From Nannocystis bainbridge (GTDB lineage Bacteria; Myxococcota_A; Polyangia; Nannocystales; Nannocystaceae), in contig NZ_JAQNDL010000001.1 of NCBI RefSeq assembly GCF_028368995.1, positions 1,024,001 to 1,088,000 on the forward strand: 64,000 nt of DNA, written 5' to 3'. Shown piece by piece: positions 49,381 through 58,328 of this stretch. Below the pieces are notes generated by a model. That model did no database searches. It saw only the letters and a program-made list of their open reading frames with translations, and was not told where the DNA came from. Position 1 is the first letter of the stretch. Every line of letters begins with the position of its first letter. Both the position numbers and the translations under genes were made by a program.

Positions 49381-50895
49381 ATGGCCACGGGCCGGCGCAA
49401 GACCACTCGCCGGACCGAGGGTCTGCGCGCGTGGCTCGGCCTGCAGACCTCCAGCCGGCCGGCGACGCGGATGACCCGCAACCGCCGGATGACCGAGGAG
49501 CAGCGGCAAAAGGCCGCGCGGGCCTACGTCGACCCGGTCGAGCGGAAGACCCGCAACCGGACCGTCGCGCTGCTGATGCTGCTGGCGGTGGTCAACCTCT
49601 ACGTGTTCGTGTGGCGTGAAGGCACCAGCGTGCTCGAGCTCGGGGCCCCGCGGGCCGCCGCGATCGTCGAGCACGACGACCGCGGCCACGGCCCGCTCGG
49701 CGCCTTCGCCGAGCCGCCCGAGACCGCCTGCGGCAGCGACCCGGTGCGCATCTTCGAGGGCCTGCACGACCAGATCCACCAGGCCACCACGCTCGACAAG
49801 GGCCGGACCCTGCGCCTCGCGCTGCTCGAGCTCGGCGTCGCCGCGGCCGAGATCGACGCGCTCGAGGCGGCCCTACGCCCCACCATCGACCTCGGCCTGG
49901 TCGCCGGGACAGGTGCCCCGCTGCGCTTCGCCACCGACCGCCACGGCGCGATCCTCGCGGTGGAGATCGAGCAAGCCGAGGGCCGCCTGCTGCAGGCCTG
50001 TCGCGCCGGCGGCCAGAGCGGCATCACGGTCCGGGCGATCCAGCACCCGCCCGTCAGCGACGTGGTCGCGGTCCACCTCGAGCTCGGGGCCGACGCCGAT
50101 CTGCGCGCCGCCGTGGTCGGGGCCGGCGAGCGGCCGGAGCTCGCCGACCGGATCGCCGCGGCGCTGGCGTTCGAGGTCGACCTGGTCGCCGACGCCCGCC
50201 CGCGCGACCGCATCGACCTCGTCATCGAGCGCCGCTTCCTCGGCAAGCAGTTCCACCGCTACGGCAGCCTGCTGGCGGTGCGCTTCCGCGGCGAGGCCGG
50301 CCGCTTCCTCTCGTTCCGCTTCCAGACCGGCGGCGGTCAGGCGGCCTACTTCGACGCCGAGGGCAAGCCGGTGCGCCGCACCCTGCTGCGCTCGCCGCTG
50401 GCCTTCCACGCGCTGCACTCCGGCGCGCGGGCGATGATGCCGCCGTCCGTCGAGGTCGTGGCCGGCCGCGCCGGCGCGCTCTACCGCCGCCCCGAGGGCG
50501 CGCCCGTGGTCGCGCTCGGCGACGGCGTGGTCCGCTCGCTCGGCGAGCAAGGCGACGCCGGCCTGGTGCTCGAGCTCGCCTACGAGGACGGCACCGTGGC
50601 CCGCTACGCCCACCTCTCGCGCACGCTCGGCGATCTGCGCCCGGGCCAGCCGGTCCGCCAGGCCCAGCTCGTCGGCCTCGCCGGCCACTCCGGCAAGACC
50701 GCGACCGACCGCGTCCGCCTCGAGCTGTGGCGCGAGGACAACGGCGAGGCCAGCGTGCTCGACCCGCTGCTGCTGGCCGCCGGCGGCGACCGCCGCCCCG
50801 CCGTGGTCGGCGCCCCGCTCAAGGGCACCTCGCTCGAGCGCTTCAAGCTCGAGATCGCCCCGTGGCAGAAGGCCCTGCGCGAGACGGCGAACTGA
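49381..50895 (+). CDS. M23/LytM-family membrane protein, catalytically degenerate
   Basis: TM helix; MepM-like body (YFDAEGK...LLRSPL, PEGAPVVALGDGVV, YAHLS, VGLAGHSG); the HxxxD and HxH Zn ligands are absent; start uncertain. Confidence 0.82.
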   Translation: MATGRRKTTRRTEGLRAWLGLQTSSRPATRMTRNRRMTEEQRQKAARAYVDPVERKTRNRTVALLMLLAVVNLYVFVWREGTSVLELGAPRAAAIVEHDDRGHGPLGAFAEPPETACGSDPVRIFEGLHDQIHQATTLDKGRTLRLALLELGVAAAEIDALEAALRPTIDLGLVAGTGAPLRFATDRHGAILAVEIEQAEGRLLQACRAGGQSGITVRAIQHPPVSDVVAVHLELGADADLRAAVVGAGERPELADRIAAALAFEVDLVADARPRDRIDLVIERRFLGKQFHRYGSLLAVRFRGEAGRFLSFRFQTGGGQAAYFDAEGKPVRRTLLRSPLAFHALHSGARAMMPPSVEVVAGRAGALYRRPEGAPVVALGDGVVRSLGEQGDAGLVLELAYEDGTVARYAHLSRTLGDLRPGQPVRQAQLVGLAGHSGKTATDRVRLELWREDNGEASVLDPLLLAAGGDRRPAVVGAPLKGTSLERFKLEIAPWQKALRETAN

Positions 50896-50899
50896 AGCA

Positions 50900-50983
50900 T
50901 GGCCGCGAGGACATGCCCCGAAGGGCATGTCCCCGAGCCCATGGCCCGAAGGACATGTCCACACGGACATGTCCTCTCGTCAC
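50900..50983. repeat. Array of six 14-bp palindromic units filling the gap between convergent genes
   Basis: TGGCCGCGAGGACA|TGCCCCGAAGGGCA|TGTCCCCGAGCCCA|TGGCCCGAAGGACA|TGTCCACACGGACA|TGTCCTCTCGTCAC. Confidence 0.88.
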
Positions 50984-51708
50984 ATCATCGCCACGTCGAG
51001 CAGCAGGCCCTTGAGCGCCGCGTACTCGCCCATCATCGACAGGTCGTGCTCGGTCAGGTTGAACACGCCGACCGGCGCGCCGTCGCGGTCGAGGATGATG
51101 ACATCGCGATAGACCACCTCCCACTGGGTCCACGCGTCGACCTCGGCCACGTCTTGCAGCAGCGGGATCTTCCGTCCCCCGGCCATTTGCGGGATCGCCG
51201 ACTCGTAGCCGATCCCGTTCACTCCCAGCAGCGCGATCCCCAGGGCCGGGAACTCGCCGTCGAGCTCGATCTGCAGGTCATTCAGGTAGCCGAACTGGCT
51301 ACGGCAATAGCCTCAAGTCGCGTGCGCGAAGTACCAGCCGGACACCTGGCCCGCGTAGTCGCTGCGGGCCCGCGTCTGCTCGTAGGTCGCCGACTCGGGG
51401 TTCACGTCGACCAGCGCCCAGTTCGGCGCCAGCTCGCCGGGCTCGCCGGTGGTGTCGGTGTCGGTGTCGCCGGTCGAGGTCGTCGGCTCGCCGGTCGTCG
51501 GCTCGTCGCCGGTGCTGGTCGTCGGGACAGGTCCCGAAGTACCTGGCCCCGAGGTCATGGTGGAGCCGCCCGTGGTCGGCCCGGTCTCGGTCTCGGCGCC
51601 GGTGCTGGTCGGCCCGCCGGTGCTCCCGGTGGCCGTCGTGTCCGAGCCGCCGTCGGGGCAGCCGGCGAGCGCCAGCGCGCACACGTAGAAAGATCGTCGT
51701 GGGTTCAC
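50980..51708 (-). CDS. Probable selenoprotein: thioredoxin-fold (TlpA/AhpC-TSA-like) lipoprotein with UxxC; Sec at TGA 51315-51313
   Basis: ORFs 51313-51708 and 50980-51222 are in frame and separated only by one TGA: APNWALVDVN...WYFAHAT-U-GYCRSQFGYLNDLQ...LLGVN...VIILDRDG; 242 aa in total. Confidence 0.85.
51276..51312 (-). promoter_or_regulatory. Putative bacterial SECIS element
   Basis: mRNA after UGA: GGCUAUUGCC-GUAGCC-AGUUC-GGCUAC-CUGAAUGACC; 6-bp upper stem, GU-containing loop starting 16 nt after the UGA, weaker lower stem. Confidence 0.7.
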
Positions 51709-51730
51709 CCCACCAGGCTACCACCGTTCC

Positions 51731-52507
51731 TCAGGCGCGCGGCTCGGTCTTCCCGTGCTGGCGCAGCGGCTCGCCCGCCATCACCCGCTCGTACGCGGGC
51801 ACCCAGTCGGGCCACTCGGTCCCGGCCAGCCGGTCCATGAAGGTCGAGCCGAACCCGAAGTGCCCCGTGAAGCGCGCGTGGTGCAGCGCGTGGAACGTGT
51901 ACGGGTGCGCCAGCCACACCGCAGGGCTGCGCGTCAGCGCCGGCGGCCCGAGCTCGACGTTGGCGTGGCCGATGACGTTGCCGAACACGTTGTAGAACAG
52001 GTACACGAGGTAGCCGATCAGGCTGACCGGTGCGACATGTCCCAAGAGCCATGGAACGCCGACGTAGCCGAGCGCCCACCCCAGCGCCTCGACCGTCGAC
52101 ACCGACTGGGCGCTCCACGGGCTCGTCACCCGCGACAGATGGTGGTGCCGGTGAAACCGCATCATCGCCCGGGTGTGCAGCAGCCGGTGCAAGCCGTAGA
52201 AGTAGACGTCGAATACGACGCTGCACAAAAAGAAGCTGGCGACCGCCCAGCCGATCGTGTCGGGCCCCCAGACGATCCACCGCCCCTGCAGCGCCAGCGC
52301 CAGCGCCAGCGGGATCAACAAGCAGAAGCGGATGTTGGCCCGGATCTCCCGCTCGACCTGGCCGTCCGGCACGGGGTCGCCCTGGATCCGCTTGCTGCTC
52401 GGCGCCCGCTCGGCCGCGCGACCGAGCGCCACCGTCACCAGCGTGACGGCGGCGTGGGCGAACACCAACACCACGAACCAGTCGAGGAAGGTCCCGAGGT
52501 CGAACAC
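51731..52507 (-). CDS. Sterol desaturase / fatty acid hydroxylase family protein
   Basis: His boxes HRLLH, HRHHH, GHAN, HALHH; MDRLAGT; TM helices. Confidence 0.9.
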   Translation of the reverse strand: MFDLGTFLDWFVVLVFAHAAVTLVTVALGRAAERAPSSKRIQGDPVPDGQVEREIRANIRFCLLIPLALALALQGRWIVWGPDTIGWAVASFFLCSVVFDVYFYGLHRLLHTRAMMRFHRHHHLSRVTSPWSAQSVSTVEALGWALGYVGVPWLLGHVAPVSLIGYLVYLFYNVFGNVIGHANVELGPPALTRSPAVWLAHPYTFHALHHARFTGHFGFGSTFMDRLAGTEWPDWVPAYERVMAGEPLRQHGKTEPRA

Positions 52508-52615
52508 CCGCGCATTGTGACACCTCCGGCCGCCCCGCGCCGCGCGAGCCGCGTGACCTGACCTGCGCGCGGACCTGCGCGGCGGCGGCCGGCCTGGGGC
52601 CATCGCCCGCGAATG

Positions 52616-53239
52616 TCAGTATCCGTCGGGGATCTTGCCGTTCAAGAAATGGATCGTGTTCGGCTCGCGCCGCCGCGACCACAGCGCCTCGACCGGAGTG
52701 TCGGCTGTCCCTCGGGACAGGCCCTCCTGCGTCGACCAGCCCGGCACCTCGCCGGCGCGCAGGCTGTGCAGCCCGCTCTGCCACACGCCGATGATGTACG
52801 TGTGCCCGGCCGCGCGCCCGCCGAAGAAATCGGTGAAGCGGCGCGCGAACTCCTGCCCGCGCGCCGCCCCGAACGCCTCGCAGGTGCGAAACCACCACAG
52901 GTGATCGGGCACCATGCGCTCGCGGATCGCCGCGAGCTTGACGTGCAGCGGGTGCGTCGGCAGCAGCGCGTCGGCGGTCAACCCCTTGCGATCGACGAAC
53001 AGCTCGCCCCAGTGGCCGTGCCCCCAGTACTGGATCTCGGCGATCTCGCGCCCGGGGTGGGTCGTGGCCAACCACTCGAGCCCGTCCTCCCAGCAGGTCA
53101 CCCCGTGCGCCGCGTCGAACCGCGACAGCCCGCGGTACAGGTGCGCGCCGGCCCCCCACGCGTGCGACAGGCCCGGCCGCAGGCGCTTGCCGGTGCAGGT
53201 GCGGTCGAACAGCATCAGGCGCAGCGGAGCGGAGCGCAT
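52616..53239 (-). CDS. Hypothetical protein
   Basis: 207 aa, EIQYWGHGHWG and WWFRTCEAFG motifs; TACACT 7 nt upstream of the ATG. Confidence 0.75.
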   Translation of the reverse strand: MRSAPLRLMLFDRTCTGKRLRPGLSHAWGAGAHLYRGLSRFDAAHGVTCWEDGLEWLATTHPGREIAEIQYWGHGHWGELFVDRKGLTADALLPTHPLHVKLAAIRERMVPDHLWWFRTCEAFGAARGQEFARRFTDFFGGRAAGHTYIIGVWQSGLHSLRAGEVPGWSTQEGLSRGTADTPVEALWSRRREPNTIHFLNGKIPDGY

Positions 53240-53255
53240 CGCCGCCAGTGTAGCC

Positions 53256-54110
53256 TCAACGCGCGCCGAACCGACCGACGAGGCTCAGGCTGCCCAGACC
53301 CGGCTGCAGCGACAGGCCCCCGCGCAGCCGGCGACCGAGGCGGACATCGCGGCCGCCGAGCACCAGCAGCGGCACACCCGCGGCCACGCCGATGGCCGCC
53401 AGCACCGCGCCCGCGATCAGCATGCGGTCGCCCTCGACGTCGAGCGCGCGCAGCGGCGCGAGGTCGACCGGCAACCCGGCCGCCAACACCGGCGCGATCG
53501 CCTCGTCGAAGCGCCGCTTGGAGCTCGCCCCGCCGAGCGCGAGCCCGCCGCCCAGCGCCGCCACGACCATCATCGCCCCGCCCGCGACGAGCTCACGCCG
53601 ACCGCGGCGGATCTGGCGGTCGCCCGCGCGGCGATCGGCGCGAGCGCGCCGGATCTCCGCCCGCCGCTGCGTCACCGACCGCTGCAGCGACGCCGACTCG
53701 GCGTGGACCCGCGCGACGTCGGCCGCGGCGATCCGCGGCACCGGCGACGCGTCGGCCAGGGCGACGGCCTCGCGGGCGTGGAAGGCCGCGCGATCGAGGC
53801 TGGCGGTCGAGGTCTGTACTTTGAGCCATGTCCTGGCGGCCATGAGATGAATCCACGGATCTTGCGTGTCCCAGGCCTGGCCGCTGAGCCAGCGGGCGCA
53901 GTGCTCGACGCCCTGGATGGCCTCGAGCTCGCCGATCCTGGCGATCAGCGCGTCGCGCTCGCCGGCCGCCACCGCGACCGGATCGATCGGCTCCGCCCGG
54001 GCGACAGCAGGTCGCCGCGGCTGCTTCGGGGCGGCCGCGGCGGGCAGCGGCACCAGGCACGACGCGGCGCACACGAGCGCGATCACGGAGCGACGAGACG
54101 CGACGAACAT
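53256..54110 (-). CDS. Exported helical protein with C-terminal TM segments
   Basis: Signal peptide, helical region, two hydrophobic segments, terminal LSLVGRF; GGAGG RBS. Confidence 0.65.
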   Translation of the reverse strand: MFVASRRSVIALVCAASCLVPLPAAAAPKQPRRPAVARAEPIDPVAVAAGERDALIARIGELEAIQGVEHCARWLSGQAWDTQDPWIHLMAARTWLKVQTSTASLDRAAFHAREAVALADASPVPRIAAADVARVHAESASLQRSVTQRRAEIRRARADRRAGDRQIRRGRRELVAGGAMMVVAALGGGLALGGASSKRRFDEAIAPVLAAGLPVDLAPLRALDVEGDRMLIAGAVLAAIGVAAGVPLLVLGGRDVRLGRRLRGGLSLQPGLGSLSLVGRFGAR

Positions 54111-54284
54111 GCGATCCTCCGGGCCAGGGGCCATCGATCAGGATGACCCGCCGCGTCGCGCCGACAACCGGCCGCGCATCCCCCTGTGCCAGCCCCCACG
54201 GGCCGAAATCGCCACGGCCCGCCGACGCACGATCGCGGTGGACAGCGAGCCGGACTCACCGCCATCCTGCGATCATCGCCACGC

Positions 54285-56861
54285 ATGCCGCAGCGCCGCG
54301 CCCTCCGTCCCTCGCCGCTCCCGCTCCTCGCGCTCGCCTGCGCCGTCGCCTGCGGCGATGAACCGGCCGACGACGCCGGCGCCACCGACAGCGACACCGA
54401 TACGACCACCGCCGCCAGCGCGACCTCGGAGGCCGCGCCGACCACCAGCGGGACCACCGCCTGGGAGGAGGAGACCGAAAGCGAGCCCGAACAGCCGGTC
54501 ACCGTCGAGTGGTCCGAGCTCGAGCTGCGCCTGATCCGCGGCGGCGACGTCCTGCTGCGCTTCCCGGCCGACGGCTTCCAGCTCGGCGTGGTCGCGGCCC
54601 TCGACGACGACTCGTCGTACGACCCGGTGTTCCTGGCGCCCGACGCCTGGCGCACCGTCACCGCCGCCGAGGAGCTCGCCAGCGACGCCGCGGTCGACGT
54701 GCGCCTGTCCTTCGGGACAGATCTGCACGCGCGCCTGACCGTCACCGAGGCCGCCCCCGGGCGGTTCGCCGCCAGCCTGATCCCCGAGCCCGGCGGACCG
54801 GCCCTCGCGTACATGCGCCTGCGCCCCGTCGTCGACCCGGGCGAGGGCTTTTATGGCCTCGGCGAGTACTTCGACGCCGCCGAGCACCGCGGGCGCGTGC
54901 GGGCGATGCAGCTCGAGTACGACCCCCAGATCGAGAGCCAGTACAACGAGGCCCACGTGCCGGTCCCGTTCGTCACCGGCACGCGCGGCTGGGGCATGTT
55001 CGTCGCCGACCCGCACGCCGCGGTGTTCGACGTCGCCGCCGCCGCCGCCGACCGCGTCGAGGCGACCTTCGGCACCGGCCCCGACACCGCCGCCGGCCTG
55101 GTCTTTCACCTCTACGCCGCCGACCACCCGCTCGACGTCACGCGCCACTACTACGCCACCACCGGCGCGCCGAAGCTGCCGGCCCCGTGGGCGCTGGGCC
55201 CGTGGATCTGGCGCGACGAGAACGACGACCAGGCCCAGGTCGAGGAAGACATCGCCACCATCCGCGAGCTCGACCTGGCGACCTCGGCGATCTGGATCGA
55301 TCGCCCCTACCAGAGCGCCGTCGGGGTGTTCGACTGGCACGCGACCCAGTTCCCCGCCCCGCAGGCGATGATCGGCAAGATCCACGACCTCGGCCTGCGG
55401 CTCGCGCTGTGGCACGTGCCCTACGTCGACGACGTCCCGGCCGCCGCCGCCATGCGCGACGAGGCCGAGGCCAATGATTTCTTCCCGCCCGAGGTCGGCC
55501 TCATCACCTCCGATTGGGGTGAGCCGCTCGATCTCACCAATCCCGACGCGTTCGAATGGTGGCAGGACCACATCCGCGAATACACCGACCACGGGATCGA
55601 CGGCTTCAAGCTCGACTACGCCGAGGACATCACGGTCGGCCTCGGCGGCGCGCGCACGGTCTGGCAATTCGCCGACGGCAGCAGCGAGCGGACCATGCAC
55701 AAGCTCTACCAGCTGCTCTACCACCGCGCCTACGCCGAGCTGCTGCCCGAGGCCGGCGGCTTCCTGCTGTGCCGCGCCGGCACCTACGGCGATCAGCAGA
55801 ACGTCAGCGTGATCTGGCCCGGCGACCTCGACGCCAACATGGCCGCGCACCGCGAGCAGGTCGACGACGACGGCGACACGTACGTGGCGGTCGGCGGCTT
55901 GCCAGCGGCCCTCACCGCCTCGCTCAGCCTCGGCCCCAGCGGCTTCCCCTTCTTCGCCTCCGACACCGGCGGCTATCGCCACGCGCCGCCCGATCGCGAG
56001 ACCTTCGTCCGCTGGTTCCAGTACACCGCGCTCACCCCGGTCATGCAGGTCGGCACCGGCTCGTCCGACGTGCCGTGGGAGTTCACCCCGGCCAACGGCC
56101 TCGACGACGAGAGCCTGGCCTGGTACCGCCAATACGCGCGGCTGCACCTGCGCCTGTTCCCGTACGTGTGGACGCACGCGCAGGCGCTGGCCACCGGCGG
56201 CCGCCCGCTCCAGCGCCCGCTCGGCCTCGCCTTCCCCGAGCTCGGCGTCCACCCGTCCGACGCCTATCTGCTCGGCAACAACCTGCTCGTCGCGCCCGTC
56301 GTCGCTCGCGGCGCCACCTCGCGCAAGCTGTCCCTGCCGCCCGGTGCCTGGCTCGACTGGTGGACCGGCGAGGTCCTGCAGGGCGACCAGGAGGTCACCG
56401 TCGCCGCCCCGCTGGCCACCCTGCCGCTGTTCCTGCGGGTCGGCGGGATCGTGCCGATGCTGCGCCCGACCATCGACACGCTCGCGGAGGCCACCGCGGC
56501 CGACGTCGACTCGTTCGTCGGCGACCCCGGGATCCTCCACGCCCGCATCGCCCCCGGCCCGCTCGGCAGCCGCTTCGACCTGTACGATGGGACAGCTCTG
56601 CACCAGCGCCTCGGCAAGGCCGCGCTGCACCTCGAGGTCAGCCCCGGCGCGGTGTTCACCAGCGGCTTCGACCTCGAGATCCACGCGCTCCCGCCGATCG
56701 CCGCCGTCACCGTCGACGACGCCCCGCTGAGCCAACACCCCGACGCCCCTGCGCTCGACGCCGCCCCCGACGGCTGGTTCCACGGCAGCGACCTCGGCGG
56801 CACCCTGCGCCTCAAGCTCGGCCCCGGCGCGCACACCGTGGTGGCCACGCTCGCCGAGTAG
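54285..56861 (+). CDS. GH31 glycoside hydrolase lipoprotein (alpha-glucosidase/xylosidase-like)
   Basis: LACAVAC lipobox; FYGLGE, LPAPWALG, GFKLDYAE (nucleophile), WPGD (acid/base), ASDTGGY, LLVAPV. Confidence 0.93.
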   Translation: MPQRRALRPSPLPLLALACAVACGDEPADDAGATDSDTDTTTAASATSEAAPTTSGTTAWEEETESEPEQPVTVEWSELELRLIRGGDVLLRFPADGFQLGVVAALDDDSSYDPVFLAPDAWRTVTAAEELASDAAVDVRLSFGTDLHARLTVTEAAPGRFAASLIPEPGGPALAYMRLRPVVDPGEGFYGLGEYFDAAEHRGRVRAMQLEYDPQIESQYNEAHVPVPFVTGTRGWGMFVADPHAAVFDVAAAAADRVEATFGTGPDTAAGLVFHLYAADHPLDVTRHYYATTGAPKLPAPWALGPWIWRDENDDQAQVEEDIATIRELDLATSAIWIDRPYQSAVGVFDWHATQFPAPQAMIGKIHDLGLRLALWHVPYVDDVPAAAAMRDEAEANDFFPPEVGLITSDWGEPLDLTNPDAFEWWQDHIREYTDHGIDGFKLDYAEDITVGLGGARTVWQFADGSSERTMHKLYQLLYHRAYAELLPEAGGFLLCRAGTYGDQQNVSVIWPGDLDANMAAHREQVDDDGDTYVAVGGLPAALTASLSLGPSGFPFFASDTGGYRHAPPDRETFVRWFQYTALTPVMQVGTGSSDVPWEFTPANGLDDESLAWYRQYARLHLRLFPYVWTHAQALATGGRPLQRPLGLAFPELGVHPSDAYLLGNNLLVAPVVARGATSRKLSLPPGAWLDWWTGEVLQGDQEVTVAAPLATLPLFLRVGGIVPMLRPTIDTLAEATAADVDSFVGDPGILHARIAPGPLGSRFDLYDGTALHQRLGKAALHLEVSPGAVFTSGFDLEIHALPPIAAVTVDDAPLSQHPDAPALDAAPDGWFHGSDLGGTLRLKLGPGAHTVVATLAE

Positions 56862-57178
56862 ATCGCGGCGCGACCCGGCGGGCCATACGCGCCCAGCGAG
56901 CGCGACCGTCGAGCCCCGGGGCCGGCCCGGGTCCCGCAGATCTGCCACCGCCCCTGTCGAGCCCGCTGGTCCACGCGCGAACCACCAACCGCGCTGCCGG
57001 CCTCGACCGCGAGCACGGCCCGCCGACTCGCCCTGTGGCTCGCCCCTTGCGAGCGCTCACCCGCGCCAGCTCGCGCGCCGGGCCGTTCCGCGGCCGTCTC
57101 CCTCCCCTCGTCGCGGTCCCGGCCGGGCCGGTGGAGCAATTCGCGTTCGCACCTCCGCGCGCGAACGTTCGGCAGGGC

Positions 57179-57220
57179 TGTCACGAAGACCATGTCTGAT
57201 AGGACACGTCCATCGCGACA
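57179..57220. repeat. Three 14-bp palindromic units
   Basis: TGTCACGAAGACCA|TGTCTGATAGGACA|CGTCCATCGCGACA. Confidence 0.7.
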
Positions 57221-57596
57221 GTGACGCCGCCCCACCCGGCGCTCCGTACGCGGATCCTTCAGCCCTCCCATGCCTCCAGAACCGGCCCCACGGCGGGGTC
57301 GCGCGCCGCCACGCCGAAACGCCGCCAGGGCCCCGATCTGCCGCCAGGTGCCCCCGGATGAGCTTCGGGTTTTGCGCAGCCCATCAAGAATCCATCATGG
57401 CCGGGTTTTTCGCCTCTTTGCCGCCTGCAGCCGCGTTCGCGCCCTATCCAGCCCCGCGTGCCGGCGATCACCGGCACAGACGGACGCGTCGCCCCGCAGA
57501 ACGCTGGAGGTCTCGCTCCCTGACGATCGGAAACCGGAGCGCCGACAGTGGCGCGCTCCAGTTGCACCCCCCCGGGACCAGGTCCATTACCGGGTC

Positions 57597-58328
57597 GTGC
57601 TACCGATCCTTCACATCCATGCAGGTGACTGCGCCGCCGGGTTCGCTCGCGAGATCGACCTCGAAGGCGAAGTGCTCGGTTGGCGCGACAGCGCCGCGGT
57701 CGGACCGGTCTCGCGCGAGCGCGGCCGGCACGTGTTCCTCCGCATGGCGTTCTGGCAGACGGACCTCGCGGAGATCCAGCGGGCCGAGGAGCTGCCGTCC
57801 GATTGCGAGCGTGTGTTGTGGTTCGGTCCCGACCCGTGGGAGCAGCTCCAGCTCGTCGAGCTGCTGGCGTACATGTCCGATGGGCCATGTTCGATCGTGC
57901 CGCTGAGCCGGGCGGTGACCGAGCTGACCCCGAGCGAGCTGCAGGCCGCCTTCGTCGCTCGCCGCAACGCCGAGTCGCTGCGGTTCTTCGCCGCCGCCTT
58001 GTGGTTCGATTTCTGCGACAACGACCCGGCCGGCATCGCCCTGCGCCTGCGTCGGGCCGCCAACGACCAGCGCCTGCCGCACCTCGGCGCCGCCATCCGC
58101 CGCGTCCTGCAGGATCGCAACGAGCAGAGGACCGAGCGCGAGATCGAGGATCTGGTGCGCGCCGGCGTCTACGAGCTGCCGGCCCTGCTCGAGGCCCTGC
58201 GCGAGCGCGAGCTCCCGGCCCACGGCGCGTGGTACGGCGACGTCGTGGTCGGCCGCCTGCGCGACGCCTGCATGCGCACGCAAGCGGCCAACGACCTCGC
58301 GCTCAGCGTAGCGTCATTCCTGCCGTGA
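57597..58328 (+). CDS. DUF1835-like protein
   Basis: LHIHAGDCAAG...GEVLGWRDSAAVGPV, VLWFGPDPWEQLQL, WYGD; start inferred. Confidence 0.7.
   Translation: MLPILHIHAGDCAAGFAREIDLEGEVLGWRDSAAVGPVSRERGRHVFLRMAFWQTDLAEIQRAEELPSDCERVLWFGPDPWEQLQLVELLAYMSDGPCSIVPLSRAVTELTPSELQAAFVARRNAESLRFFAAALWFDFCDNDPAGIALRLRRAANDQRLPHLGAAIRRVLQDRNEQRTEREIEDLVRAGVYELPALLEALRERELPAHGAWYGDVVVGRLRDACMRTQAANDLALSVASFLP

Noticed and set aside
50951-50974. p53-like RRRCATGYYY half-sites (GGACATGTCC)
   Set aside because: They arise as junctions between adjacent 14-bp units; the resemblance to a eukaryotic site is treated as coincidental.
51313-51315. Simple nonsense mutation (pseudogene) reading of the TGA
   Set aside because: Less likely than Sec because the stop sits exactly at the redox-active position, both halves look intact and a SECIS-like hairpin follows; not fully excluded.
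54273-56948. Long antisense or alternative-frame ORFs (e.g. 54273-56948, 60031-63813, 2650-4740, 5063-7453, 35536-37785)
   Set aside because: Arg/Ala/Gly-rich shadow ORFs typical of high-GC DNA, overlapping genes that have clear family motifs.
56870-57590. Possible ncRNA or riboswitch in a long intergenic region
   Set aside because: GC-rich hairpins are possible, but I recognised no family consensus; only the three palindrome units are supportable.
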